Source: Raphidiopsis brookii D9 (GTDB lineage: Bacteria; Cyanobacteriota; Cyanobacteriia; Cyanobacteriales; Nostocaceae). Taken from it: a stretch of 32,000 nt of DNA. Shown one piece after another: positions 10,469-20,302 of the stretch; position 1 is the stretch's first letter, and each line of letters begins with the position of its first letter. The notes under the pieces are model-generated. The model was not told the origin of the DNA and ran no database searches. It was given only the letters and a program-made list of their open reading frames with translations. The stretch covers positions 29,464 to 61,463 of the forward strand of contig ACYB01000010.1 in the NCBI GenBank assembly GCA_000175855.1. Reading direction: 5' to 3'. Both the position numbers and the translations under genes were made by a program.

Positions 10469-11925
10469 TTATTCAGATCTCCTTTCACGCTTCCTTAATT
10501 TCAAATCTTGGTGGATATATTGGTGCTTCATCAGTTCGTAGGTTTTACCCTCCGAGTTCTGATGACAAAATCTCCAACCCTCTTTGCAGATTGACCAGTA
10601 TTTTTTACTAATCCATCTCTTACCTTTTTGGTTGTGTCTTCGTCGTGACCAAGCTCTTAGTTTAGAGTGCAACTCAAAATCTACCTTGCCAAAAATGCGA
10701 TCGCTTATTAGGGGAGAGTAGTATTTTGTCCAGCGTTCAATTAAGGGATTAAGCCTACTGATTAGCACCGATTGTTTAGCGGATCGGTGCTGGTCAATAA
10801 TCGCTCCCAGGGACTGAGTATGGTGTTCTAGGCTTTCTTTACTAATAGAAATCAAAGTGTTATAGCTGGTGTTATAATGGGGGGAGCCTAAATCGGAGTT
10901 TTGAGATGATTTATCATGTGATTTGTCTTGAGCGACAAACTGTCTAATATAAAACCCCAAAAAGTTACAACCCACATTTCCCTGATAATCATAGAGACTG
11001 TGGGAGACCCTTATCCCTTCCCCTTTTAGCTCTAAACCCACTTCTGATAGCCATTGAGTAATAATATGCTCACACAGAATAATCACTTCCAATTCCTGAT
11101 GCACCAGTACAAATCCACCTCTGTGCTTAACAAAGTGAGGAATTACATCACAGCTAGAAGTAGTAATACCAGCTTGATTAGAATCAGCTATTAGACTAGT
11201 CAAGGACCAATTAATCCTCCGTTCCAATTCCCCCAGAGCTGCACCCAATAAAAGGGAAGGTAGGGAAAATTGTTGGTGATTGAGAAAACCCAACTTCAAC
11301 CATAATTTGATTTGTTTCCCCAGCAATGGAAAAGTATTAAGCTGCTTGAGGAAATATTCAGGGTTAACCCCCTGGAAACTTTCTTCCAACTCACCAGCTA
11401 AAACATACTTAGGTTTTTTACCACTTCCCTGCGAATAGACCTAACAGCATTATAACAAGAAATATCAGAATTAGCCTCGTGTAAACCCAAATTGAACTTT
11501 GCATCCCATTCTGGACTCATAGCCATACTAATAAGCAAAGTTAGAGCCTGGTTATATATAGCAAACACAACCAAAGAAAGATTTTCCTAACCAGTAGTGA
11601 TTTGGCAATAACAGAGATTTCCTCAGCCAAGACCAGTTTTTGTTCAGGAGAGAAAGATTTAGCACCCTGGTTTGGTGGAAATACCCCCTTCACAGCAATA
11701 CATCTTGCTGACCAAGATTTAATTAACAGCTTCTGGAGCTTATGAACCGTTTTGACATCCCCACGCTGCGAGGCTTTGTATATTCTCTTTTGCAGCTTAA
11801 AAACATGACGTTCCAGTTTTTTCCAGGGAATTTCTTGCCAGTTTACATCTGACCCAATTTCCCCGGGAACTGACCCATTTGTTTTTCCATTCCATCCTCA
11901 AGTTATTTTCGGCCTTGGACATTTT
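10469..11925 (-). pseudogene. degenerate group II intron reverse transcriptase/maturase
   Basis: The longest open part is 10469..11389 (listed from a TTG). It retains an X/maturase-like region: LISRLNPLIERWTKYYSPLISDRIFGKVDFELHSKLRAWSRRRHNQKGKRWISKKYW. Upstream fragments lie in other frames: WQEIPWKKLERHVFKLQKRIYKASQRGDVKTVHKLQKLLIKSWSARCIAV and MSPEWDAKFNLGLHEANSDISCYNAVRSIRREV. The left boundary in coding sense is approximate. Confidence 0.85.
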
Positions 11926-12560
11926 TACTGCTACTTAAAACCATACATTCCAACCCATCGTGTCTACGTCAGCTTATCCTTTGGCTCTCCCAAAGGCCAA
12001 TGCTTCTTAGACAATCCCTCCTACTATGTTGCTTGCGGTTAGCACCTACTCAAGTTTTCGACCTCAACTCAAGAGCTAACATAGAGGTTACTTCGTTCCT
12101 AATCTCCGTTTGGCGTTAGTTTTAGAACCTCTCTCTCCACCGGGTTACTTCTAGGGTGCAAGGTTGCAAATAATGAATTTTCCAACCCTCTTCACCATTC
12201 CCATTTTAGTTGGCTTATTGGTCATTACGATGGTTCTGTCGAAAGTTTGACCCCTAGGTCTGTTCATGACTAACTGTGCTAGAAGGGATTCCCAGTCGGA
12301 CTCTATAGGTTACCTCCGTTTATCCCCGCTTCATTCGTTTGATGGCTAGTCTCTCCAATGGGGGATATGCTTTCACCCATGCACCTTGGGGGAAGGAATT
12401 ACCTGATATTCAACAATGTTCAGGTTCACCTTCACGAAGATTAAGTTATCTGGGTTTATTCCACCCAGTGACCTATCCCTCAATCTAATGTTCGATTATG
12501 CAAGTTGTAGCTATTCTACAACTATTATCTGCACTCGTAATTAGGATTGATTTCAGATCA

Positions 12561-12743
<183 letters not shown>

Positions 12744-12960
12744 TCATATTGACTACACTCTACTGAATATAGTATAACAGAATAATGCCTGTGCCCAACC
12801 TCTTATATCAAAAGTAGGCTTAAATTTTAACGGTTATGTGAACCATTGATAATATCACTCCATATCATCAACTTTTCCTTGGCTGCAATAACAGAAAATT
12901 ACCCAAATCCTTTTGTTTTTTGGTATAAATAAATCAGAATGATATTACCAACAAGCTACT

Positions 12961-13484
12961 ATGAAAACCAAACTCCAGGTTAAACTACTCCAGTATATCC
13001 TGATTAGGGACAAAACAGCTCAAGGTTTTACTCTGCTAGAACTACTAGTGGTTATTGTCATTATTGGTATACTGTCCGCGATCGCCTTACCCTCTTTTTT
13101 AAACCAAGCTAACAAAGCTAAGGAATCGGAGGCTAAAACCTATATCAGTTCCTTTAACAAAGCCCAAACCCTATACAGGCTAGAAAATACCGGGTTTGCT
13201 ACCACTCTTAACCAGTTATCAATTATCATTCCCCCATCCACAGAGTTTTACAATTACACTATTGGGGGAGTGGCACTATTACCAACCTTACAGCAAGTGC
13301 TAAGGACCCTAACTCCCTCAAAGGGTTTAGTGGTGGAGTAACGGTCTTGTCAGCAACCGGACAAACCCAATCTGTTGCCTGTCAAACTGAACAAGTGCAG
13401 CAAATTCACCCTGTTGTTGTTCCCATTCTGGATTCTACCCAAGCCAAATGTGATGATACAAAAAATATGACCACCATGAAATAA
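12961..13484 (+). pseudogene. type IV pilin-like protein, apparent frameshift
   Basis: The prepilin signature GFTLLELLVVIVIIGILSAIALPSFLNQANKAKESEAKTYI is at the start of ORF 12961..13341. In another frame, TNLTASAKDPNSLKGFSGGVTVLSATGQTQSVACQTEQVQQ... continues a plausible pilin C-terminus to a TAA at 13484. Confidence 0.7.
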
Positions 13485-13507
13485 TAAAATAAACCCCAAT
13501 TTGAGCC

Positions 13508-13528
13508 GGAACCCCTTTAAGGGGTTCC
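13508..13528 (+). terminator. putative intrinsic terminator hairpin after pilin-like gene
   Basis: ggaacccctttaaggggttcc, a perfect inverted repeat with a short loop, followed by gactctcccttttg (weak T-tract). Confidence 0.5.
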
Positions 13529-13673
13529 GACTCTCCCTTTTGATAGCCTGTGGTAGTAATTACCGTACAAAAGCTAAAGATTGTCAATTTGTAGGAATTT
13601 TGTATGATATGCTATGAGAGTTAAAGCCGAAACTTAATGGTAGAAAAATCGCCCATACGGCATCTTAATGAAT

Positions 13674-13868
13674 GCTGACTGCCAAGGCGCAGCCAACATA
13701 ATTAAAAAAGTATCGACAATATTTGGACTAGTTCTAGATGGAGTCAGTAAGGCGTCTTTGACTGCGCCAATTTAGAGTACGCTTGTGGCAGGCTTCGAGT
13801 AAGAAGTCTCTGTCCCAGCAAGATTCTAATTAATCCCCGTCGCTTTAGCGCTGGGAGAAGTCAATGGA
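13674..13868 (+). mobile_element. IS200/IS605-type remnant: tnpB 3' end plus right-end hairpin (copy 1)
   Basis: Translates as ADCQGAANIIKKVSTIFGLVLDGVSKASLTAPI* ..., resembling the post-RuvC-III tail of TnpB, followed by aatccccgtcgctttagcgctgggagaagtcaa. No upstream tnpB body is present. Closely similar to 20086..20279. Confidence 0.72.
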
Positions 13869-14255
13869 TTATTTTTCTCTTGACCAAAATAATAGCATAG
13901 TTTACAATAGGATTTTAGTTATCAGGAATTAACCTCGAAACTATTGAGGGACTGTTAAAAGCAACCGCAATGCTAAAACAAACCCCTAACAAGACCAGCA
14001 CAAGTTGCAAGTTGTTTAAATCAGTCTAAGACGGTCCTCCATGGACTCCTCAACAAATCTCTGTCTACCGCCATTAAGAAAGCTCAAACACGGGTAATCA
14101 TCAATCCTAAGACAAATTTGCTCAAAACAAATTTGCCAGTAACCAGAAACCCAACCTACACCGGCTTCAAATAGCTGTTATGGGTTTGAAAACCTCAAAT
14201 ATTGCACAGTTTTAACTGAGCATTTACTTCAATAAATAAAATCTGAACACAATCT

Positions 14256-14480
14256 TTGGTTATGACTCAACAAGTGATTCACCACATGGTGAAATTGCAG
14301 CGTAATGTTCAATCATTAGTAGAATCGAATATTATCAAGCCTAGTGACAGTATATGGAAGATTGCCTTTCTATATGCTGATGAATGGAAATACTGGAAAC
14401 AAGAGCTACTAGACTTTGGTTTTAGTATGCAAGATCCCATCGGGGATCTATTAGCAGTAGAAACCTGGGACGAAGATTGA
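14256..14480 (+). CDS. conserved hypothetical protein
   Basis: 74-aa ORF, HHMVKLQRNVQSLVESNIIKPSDSIWKIAFLYADEWKYWKQELLDFGFSMQDPIGDLLAVETWDED; coding-like, family not identified. Confidence 0.55.
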   Translation: MVMTQQVIHHMVKLQRNVQSLVESNIIKPSDSIWKIAFLYADEWKYWKQELLDFGFSMQDPIGDLLAVETWDED

Positions 14481-14600
14481 GACTAAAGTCAACATCCACA
14501 ATTAACATTCCAACAGTGCTTGAAAACGTTTCCCCGGTAGTGGTTGGGTCACTCTCTCAATCACCTTCTGAATTTTCGGTGTATGGATGAGTAATAGAGA

Positions 14601-15983
14601 CTAAGAATTTATTTTATTCTTTATTTTTTGCTTCAACCGGTACAAAATAGTATTTTTTTCTACCTGGGTCAAAATTTCCTCAATTACAGTGTTAGCACCT
14701 AACCTTCCCCAGCTGCAACCATTTTCTAAATATACTTGTGCGGCTTTTCCTACAGCATAAGCACCGTAGGAAGCCACACCAGACTGGGCCAGGGCACCAC
14801 CAGCAAAAGTAGTAATGTTTATAGAATTTTCACCAGTTACTGCTGCTGCACTTTTACCCATGCCCAGAACTAGATTACTAGCTACTTCTGAAAGTAATAG
14901 ACCTCCAGAACTCAAGAGGATACTTTTTAATAACTTAGTCGCTTCATAGCTAGTCATAGGGAGGGAATATAATCTAGCCAAAGAACGAATTAAAGCTAAA
15001 TCAGTAATTAGACCACCAATAACATCTAAAAAAGCAATGGGATTTAGAGCAATAGCTAAGGCCTTATATTTACAGAATCGCCAAATCAACTCCTCTGCTT
15101 CTTGTTGACGAAAATGCAAGGTTTTTTCCGCCATAATTGCTTCCGATTCCCTAGCTTGTACCAGTGCATTCAAAGCCAAAAGCGATCGCCCTTCCCGATT
15201 TAGTATATTCAGAATAGTTTGCTTTAGCTGTTGTACTTGAGGTTTGGGGGTTTCCCATTCATAACTGATCCTACCATCTGCATATTCCACCCTGACTTCC
15301 ATGGGTGCAGGTTCAGCAGCTACCATCACAATCTCATCTGGTAATAACGGATCACTTTGCTGACCGTCCGTAGCTGCTCCTAAAACTTGTAAATTGCGAT
15401 AGATTGTGCTTTTATCAGTATCTGGATACAAATCTATTTTATTAAACACTAAAATCAGAGGTTTTTGGGCTTGTCGTAATTCCAGTAAAGCTTGGTACTC
15501 CGTTCTAGTAATATCTCCGGATACAACAAATAGAATTAAATCAGCCTTTTGTGCCACAGTGCGAGCCATTTCCCCGCGAATTTCTCCATTGATTTCATCC
15601 AAACCAGGGGTATCAATTAATTCAACACATACCTTAATACCTGGTTGCCAACGGAGGGAGCGGGGCCATTGAGTGACACCATTAAGAGGTCCTGTTTCCA
15701 GGATTTTTTCCCCCAGGAGGGAATTTAACACAGCAGACTTACCACGACTGACCAGACCAAAAGCAGCTATTTTGATCAGATTTGAGTCCAGCTTGTGCAG
15801 GGTAGCATTGAGTATTTCTATTTGAGGTTTAATCAAACTTGCCAAGTCTGGTTTAGACGATAAGTGTCCTGATTTACGAAGATAGGTATACCAAGACAGA
15901 GTTTGTTTGATGCTGGCACGAGCGCGACTTAGATGGGTTTCTTGGGAAACTACTCGCGACTGAAATTCCTGCATTGTGAACAC
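14601..15983 (-). CDS. dynamin/Era-like GTPase with C-terminal hydrophobic region (possible DUF697-type)
   Basis: 460 aa. G1-like GLVSRGKSAVLNSLLG, G3 DTPGLDEI, G4 FNKIDLY, followed by membrane-associated helices. Confidence 0.8.
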   Translation of the reverse strand: MFTMQEFQSRVVSQETHLSRARASIKQTLSWYTYLRKSGHLSSKPDLASLIKPQIEILNATLHKLDSNLIKIAAFGLVSRGKSAVLNSLLGEKILETGPLNGVTQWPRSLRWQPGIKVCVELIDTPGLDEINGEIRGEMARTVAQKADLILFVVSGDITRTEYQALLELRQAQKPLILVFNKIDLYPDTDKSTIYRNLQVLGAATDGQQSDPLLPDEIVMVAAEPAPMEVRVEYADGRISYEWETPKPQVQQLKQTILNILNREGRSLLALNALVQARESEAIMAEKTLHFRQQEAEELIWRFCKYKALAIALNPIAFLDVIGGLITDLALIRSLARLYSLPMTSYEATKLLKSILLSSGGLLLSEVASNLVLGMGKSAAAVTGENSINITTFAGGALAQSGVASYGAYAVGKAAQVYLENGCSWGRLGANTVIEEILTQVEKNTILYRLKQKIKNKINS

Positions 15984-16024
15984 TAGGTGACCGATTAAAT
16001 TTAGCTTATCATGTAGGTTAGGAA

Positions 16025-16483
16025 GTGTGTCCTGATGATCAAAGTCATGGAGCTTGTCCTTCCCCAGTTAAACTTATGAATATGGTAAATTCCCCAAATC
16101 CTAAATCCTTTGTGTATACTCGAAAAACACTATCCAGAGCAGAGCGAGCCCTCATTTGTTCACCCTTTCGCCTCAAACTCTTTCGAGATATGCAAAGTCA
16201 AAGTATTCCCCAAGGAGCGATCGCTACGGTAAATGGTGTCCAACAGGGTTATACCCAAGTTAGTCTCTCAGGGTTAAGATGTGATAATGCTTTGGGTTGG
16301 TTGATTGAAGTCGGGGTATTGCGTCGAGAAGTTGATGGACAAGGAATCACTGATCGATTTCGTCTCACACCCCTTGGTCATCAATTGGTGGAAAAATTTG
16401 CCCACCAACCCTGGACTACAGCTTCATGGGGCGATCGCCTGCAGGATGCTATAACTCGTTGGTTGCGTCTACCGTCAATCTAA
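16025..16483 (+). CDS. Npun_F0494-like conserved cyanobacterial protein
   Basis: 152 aa, TRKTLSRAERALICSPFRLKLFRDMQSQSIPQGAIA ... RFRLTPLGHQLVEKF; family recalled from motif pattern. True start may be internal. Confidence 0.6.
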   Translation: MCPDDQSHGACPSPVKLMNMVNSPNPKSFVYTRKTLSRAERALICSPFRLKLFRDMQSQSIPQGAIATVNGVQQGYTQVSLSGLRCDNALGWLIEVGVLRREVDGQGITDRFRLTPLGHQLVEKFAHQPWTTASWGDRLQDAITRWLRLPSI

Positions 16484-16498
16484 ACTCCGGATGGAAGT

Positions 16499-18016
16499 AT
16501 GAAATCAATTATGGTGGTGGGAACAACATCCCACGCGGGTAAGTCCTTAATCACAACAGCTTTGTGTCGTATCTTTTCTCAAAAGGGATGGCGAGTGTCT
16601 CCCTTTAAAGGTCAAAATATGGCTTTAAATGCCTATGTCACGGCCAATGGTGGAGAAATAGGTTACGCTCAAGCTGTACAAGCTTGGGCAGCTAAAATAC
16701 CTCCAATGGTAGAAATGAATCCAATTTTACTCAAGCCTCAAGGAGATATGACTTCTCAGGTCATTATTAAGGGAAAAGTTGTAGGTAAGGTTAGTGCTAC
16801 GGATTATTATGAACAGTATTTTGAAATAGGTTGGCAAACGATCCAAGAGTCTCTAAAACAATTAAGCTCGGAATTTGATTTGATTGTTTGTGAAGGTGCT
16901 GGAAGTCCTGCAGAAATTAATCTCAAGCATCGAGACCTAACTAACATGCGGGTAGCCAAATATCTGGGAGCATCCACTATTCTCGTAGTTGATATTGATA
17001 GAGGTGGAGCTTTTGCTCATGTGGTTGGTACCCTGGAATTGTTAGAACCAGAGGAACGAGATCTAATCAAGGGAATAATTATCAATAAGTTCCGAGGAAT
17101 GCGTTCTCTGCTGGATCCGGGAATTACATGGTTAGAAGAACGGACGGGAATTCCAGTAATTGGGGTGATACCATACATTTCAGAAATATTCCCCGCAGAA
17201 GATTCCCTAGACTTATTGGATCGCAAATCCAGTAAAAAATTTCAATCTGATTTGAACATAGCAGTTATCCGATTACCAAGAATTGCTAATTTCACCGACT
17301 TTGATCCATTGGAATCGGAACCAACAATATCGGTGAAATATATAAGTCCTAAACAGGAGTTAGGATATCCTGATGCGGTAATTATTCCAGGGACAAAAAC
17401 CACCATAGCAGATCTAATTGTGCTGCAAAAAAGTGGTATGGCGGAAGCAATTCAACAATATGCGGCCAGTGGAGGTACAGTTTTAGGTATCTGTGGTGGG
17501 TTTCAAATGTTAGGTCAAGCAGTAGCAGATCCAGAAGGAATCGAGGGTCCACCTGGGAAATATCAGGGATTAAACCTATTGCCAATTAAAACCATAATTA
17601 CAGGACAAAAAACCGCTCGTCAGCGTCAGGTAATTTCCAATTATCCCCAGATGGGTCTACCCATACGGGGATTTGAAATTCACCAAGGACGTTCTCGCGT
17701 GGAAGAACCCACTGATAAATCCACTCGTGAATCCCCCTGTCAACCTCTATTTGATGATGCTAATTTAGGTTTAGTAGATAATTGTCAATCAATTTGGGGT
17801 ACTTATTTACACGGAATTTTTGATAACGGAGCTTGGAGACGCAGTTGGCTAAATCGTCTTCGTCAACAGCGCGGTCTCAAGTCTTTGCCCACTGGTGTTG
17901 CCAATTACGGAGAACACAGAGAAAAGATTTTAGATTCCCTAGCTACTGAAATTGAAAGCCATTTAAATCTGATTCCCCTCGCTTTATCTCACCTTTCTAC
18001 TGACCATGACGATTAA
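16499..18016 (+). CDS. cobQ: cobyric acid synthase CobQ
   Basis: 505 aa, MVVGTTSHAGKSLITTALCRIFSQKGWRVSPFKGQNMALNAYVTANGGEIGYAQAVQAWAA ... GICGGFQMLG ... GTYLHGIFDN. Confidence 0.97.
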   Translation: MKSIMVVGTTSHAGKSLITTALCRIFSQKGWRVSPFKGQNMALNAYVTANGGEIGYAQAVQAWAAKIPPMVEMNPILLKPQGDMTSQVIIKGKVVGKVSATDYYEQYFEIGWQTIQESLKQLSSEFDLIVCEGAGSPAEINLKHRDLTNMRVAKYLGASTILVVDIDRGGAFAHVVGTLELLEPEERDLIKGIIINKFRGMRSLLDPGITWLEERTGIPVIGVIPYISEIFPAEDSLDLLDRKSSKKFQSDLNIAVIRLPRIANFTDFDPLESEPTISVKYISPKQELGYPDAVIIPGTKTTIADLIVLQKSGMAEAIQQYAASGGTVLGICGGFQMLGQAVADPEGIEGPPGKYQGLNLLPIKTIITGQKTARQRQVISNYPQMGLPIRGFEIHQGRSRVEEPTDKSTRESPCQPLFDDANLGLVDNCQSIWGTYLHGIFDNGAWRRSWLNRLRQQRGLKSLPTGVANYGEHREKILDSLATEIESHLNLIPLALSHLSTDHDD

Positions 18017-18245
18017 TATTCGCTTTTTACCAGATAATGTTACCGTTAAAGCCACAATAGGAGAATCCCTATTAGATGTGGCAGAAAGAGCAGGCGTGTG
18101 CATACCCACCGGTTGTTTAATGGGGACTTGTCATGCTTGTACTGTGGAATTGGGTGATGGTGAAGTTATCCGTGCCTGCATTACACCTGTTCCTCCAGTT
18201 ACGGAGGAATTAACCATACATCTTTTTACCGATCCTACCTGGTAG
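18006..18245 (+). CDS. 2Fe-2S ferredoxin-like protein
   Basis: 79 aa with cluster ligand motif CIPTGCLMGTCHACTVELGDGEVIRAC; overlaps the 3' end of cobQ. Confidence 0.88.
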   Translation: MTINIRFLPDNVTVKATIGESLLDVAERAGVCIPTGCLMGTCHACTVELGDGEVIRACITPVPPVTEELTIHLFTDPTW

Positions 18246-18269
18246 AAATGCTAATGTAGATGGGTAAAC

Positions 18270-19892
18270 TCAAATTTTACAGTAGGGAACGGAGGAGGGA
18301 AAATGTACTAACAAACCATATTCTAAACCGGCCACTACTGCTTGATAGGAAGCTTCTAAAATATTAGTCGAGACTCCCACAGTTGCCCAACGTGCTTGAC
18401 CATTACCAGATTCCACTAGGGCACGGGTTTTAGCAGAAGTGCCCACATTACCATTGAGGATTCTGACTTTGTAGTCTGTCAGTTCAAACTCGGCAATTTG
18501 AGGGTAAAAATTTAACAGCGCTTTACGCAGCGCTGAATCTAGAGCTGCAACAGGACCATTTCCTTCTGCTACCTCCAAAATATTTTCTCCCCCCACTGCT
18601 ACCTTAATTGTCGCTAGGGAGTTGGTGATGTTTTTTCCGTCAGCTAGATCACAATGTACTCGAAAACCTTGGACTTCGAAGAACTGTTGTTTGAGTCCTA
18701 ATACTTCATACATTAACAGGACGAAACTAGCTTCTGCAGCCTCAAACTGATAGCCTTCATTTTCTAGTTCCTTAATGCGTCTGAGAATTTCCTTGGTTTT
18801 CGGGTCGTGTTTATCTAATTCCATGCCCAAAGTTTTCGCCTTGGCTAAAACATTACTCACCCCAGCTTGTTCAGAAATCACAATTCGACGGAGATTGCCC
18901 ACTTGCTCTGGTTGGATATGTTCATAAGTAAGAGAATTGCGCTCTACAGCTGAAACATGAATACCACCTTTATGGGCAAAAGCCGAACGTCCTACATAGG
19001 GCGCGTGGTCATCCGGTGCCAAATTAACTACTTCACTGACAAAACGACTTGTGGGTGTTAGTTGACCTAGTAGATGTTCCCCAATACAATTATAACCTAA
19101 TTTTAATTGTAAGTTGGGAATTAAAGAACAGAGATTAGCATTGCCACAGCGTTCACCATAACCATTTATCGTCCCTTGAACCATTGTGGCTCCCGCCATT
19201 ACAGCTGTAATAGCATTAGCAACTGCCATTTCTCCGTCATTGTGAGTATGGATACCAATATGGGCATTTGATGACCAGTCAGAAATTGACTTGCCAACGA
19301 TAGTAACAATTTGAGACACCTCCTGGGGGAAAGTTCCACCATTAGTATCACACAAAACCAACCACTCAGCACCGCACTGAGCAGCTATTTTGATGGTCTG
19401 CAAGGCATAATCTGGATTTTGCTTATACCCATCAAACCAATGCTCGGCATCATAAATTACCCGCTTCCCTTGGGAACGTAAATACTCGATGGTATCACCA
19501 ATCATGGACAAATTCTCATCCAAAGAGGTTTTAATACCCTCTGTAACGTGTAGATCCCAAGATTTGCCGAAAATTGTCACCCAAGTTGTACCCGCAGCTA
19601 AAATCGGTTCTAGCATGGGTTCATTAATAGCTTGGGAAAAAGGACGACGGGTGGAGCAAAAGGGCACTAGTTGAGCTTGCTGTAGGGGATTTTTCCTCAC
19701 TTGCCAAAAAAAGTCTATATCCTTAGGATTAGCGCCTGGCCAACCACCTTCTATAAAGGGTACACCTAATTGATCCAGTTTATGGGCAATACATAATTTA
19801 TCTTGTATAGATAATGACAAACCTTCCCGTTGACTGCCGTCTCGGAGAGTGGTGTCATAGATTAGAATTGCTGTGGAGAGAGCTTTGGTCAT
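18270..19892 (-). CDS. cimA: citramalate synthase
   Basis: 540 aa, YDTTLRDGSQREGLSLSIQDKLCIAHKLDQLGVPFIEGGWPGANPKD ... WLVLCDTNGG ... HNDGEMAVANAI ... C-terminal LeuA dimer-like allosteric domain. Confidence 0.93.
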   Translation of the reverse strand: MTKALSTAILIYDTTLRDGSQREGLSLSIQDKLCIAHKLDQLGVPFIEGGWPGANPKDIDFFWQVRKNPLQQAQLVPFCSTRRPFSQAINEPMLEPILAAGTTWVTIFGKSWDLHVTEGIKTSLDENLSMIGDTIEYLRSQGKRVIYDAEHWFDGYKQNPDYALQTIKIAAQCGAEWLVLCDTNGGTFPQEVSQIVTIVGKSISDWSSNAHIGIHTHNDGEMAVANAITAVMAGATMVQGTINGYGERCGNANLCSLIPNLQLKLGYNCIGEHLLGQLTPTSRFVSEVVNLAPDDHAPYVGRSAFAHKGGIHVSAVERNSLTYEHIQPEQVGNLRRIVISEQAGVSNVLAKAKTLGMELDKHDPKTKEILRRIKELENEGYQFEAAEASFVLLMYEVLGLKQQFFEVQGFRVHCDLADGKNITNSLATIKVAVGGENILEVAEGNGPVAALDSALRKALLNFYPQIAEFELTDYKVRILNGNVGTSAKTRALVESGNGQARWATVGVSTNILEASYQAVVAGLEYGLLVHFPSSVPYCKI

Positions 19893-20085
19893 AAAGCAAA
19901 GATCGGGTAAACTACTACCTATTTTTTATGTTTTCTCATCACTGTACAATTTGGTGTGAGACTTTCCTAAGTTGACAGTATAGTTGACAAAGGTGTACAG
20001 TTGTAGGTCCTGGGCGGCTTTGTCAATTATATTGTATATTGGCCTGTCAAATCTGGACTTTAGGTAGTTTGAAAATGACACGTAA

Positions 20086-20279
20086 GCTGACTGCCAAGGC
20101 GCAGCCAGCATAATTAGAAAAGTATCGACAATATTTGGACTAGTTCTAGATGGAGTCAGTAAGGCGTCTTTGACTGCGCCAATTAGAGTACGCTTGTGGC
20201 ACGATTCGAGTAACAAGTCTCTGTCTAAGCAAGATTCTAATGAATCCCCGTCGCTTTAGCTCGGGGAGAAGTCAACGGA
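20086..20279 (+). mobile_element. IS200/IS605-type remnant: tnpB 3' end plus right-end hairpin (copy 2)
   Basis: ADCQGAASIIRKVSTIFGLVLDGVSKASLTAPIRVRLWHDSSNKSLSKQDSNESPSL*, an uninterrupted tail, then tccccg-tcgctttagct-cgggga hairpin (20245..20267) and gtcaa. Confidence 0.75.
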
Positions 20280-20302
20280 AACTTACAAAGGAGATAAACA
20301 AG

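Noticed and set aside
10369-10611. Plus-strand 80-aa ORF inside the intron
   Set aside because: Antisense across domain V/IV and the maturase 3' end. No protein-like features beyond an incidental hydrophobic stretch.
13886-14230. Possible decayed coding region between the tnpB remnant and ORF 14256 (short stretches such as NKSLSTAIKKAQTRVIINPKTNLLKTNLPVTRNPTYTGFK)
   Set aside because: Frames break frequently and no family can be named. Recorded as a degraded intergenic region only.
16999-17600. Minus-strand ORFs 17017..17226 and 17382..17585
   Set aside because: Lie entirely within cobQ on the opposite strand; composition shadows.
20240-20302. Upstream start of the listed 163-aa ORF (MNPRRFSSGRSQRKLTKEINK)
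   Set aside because: This stretch is translated IS right-end sequence. A good RBS and an ATG at 20303 give a more plausible start.
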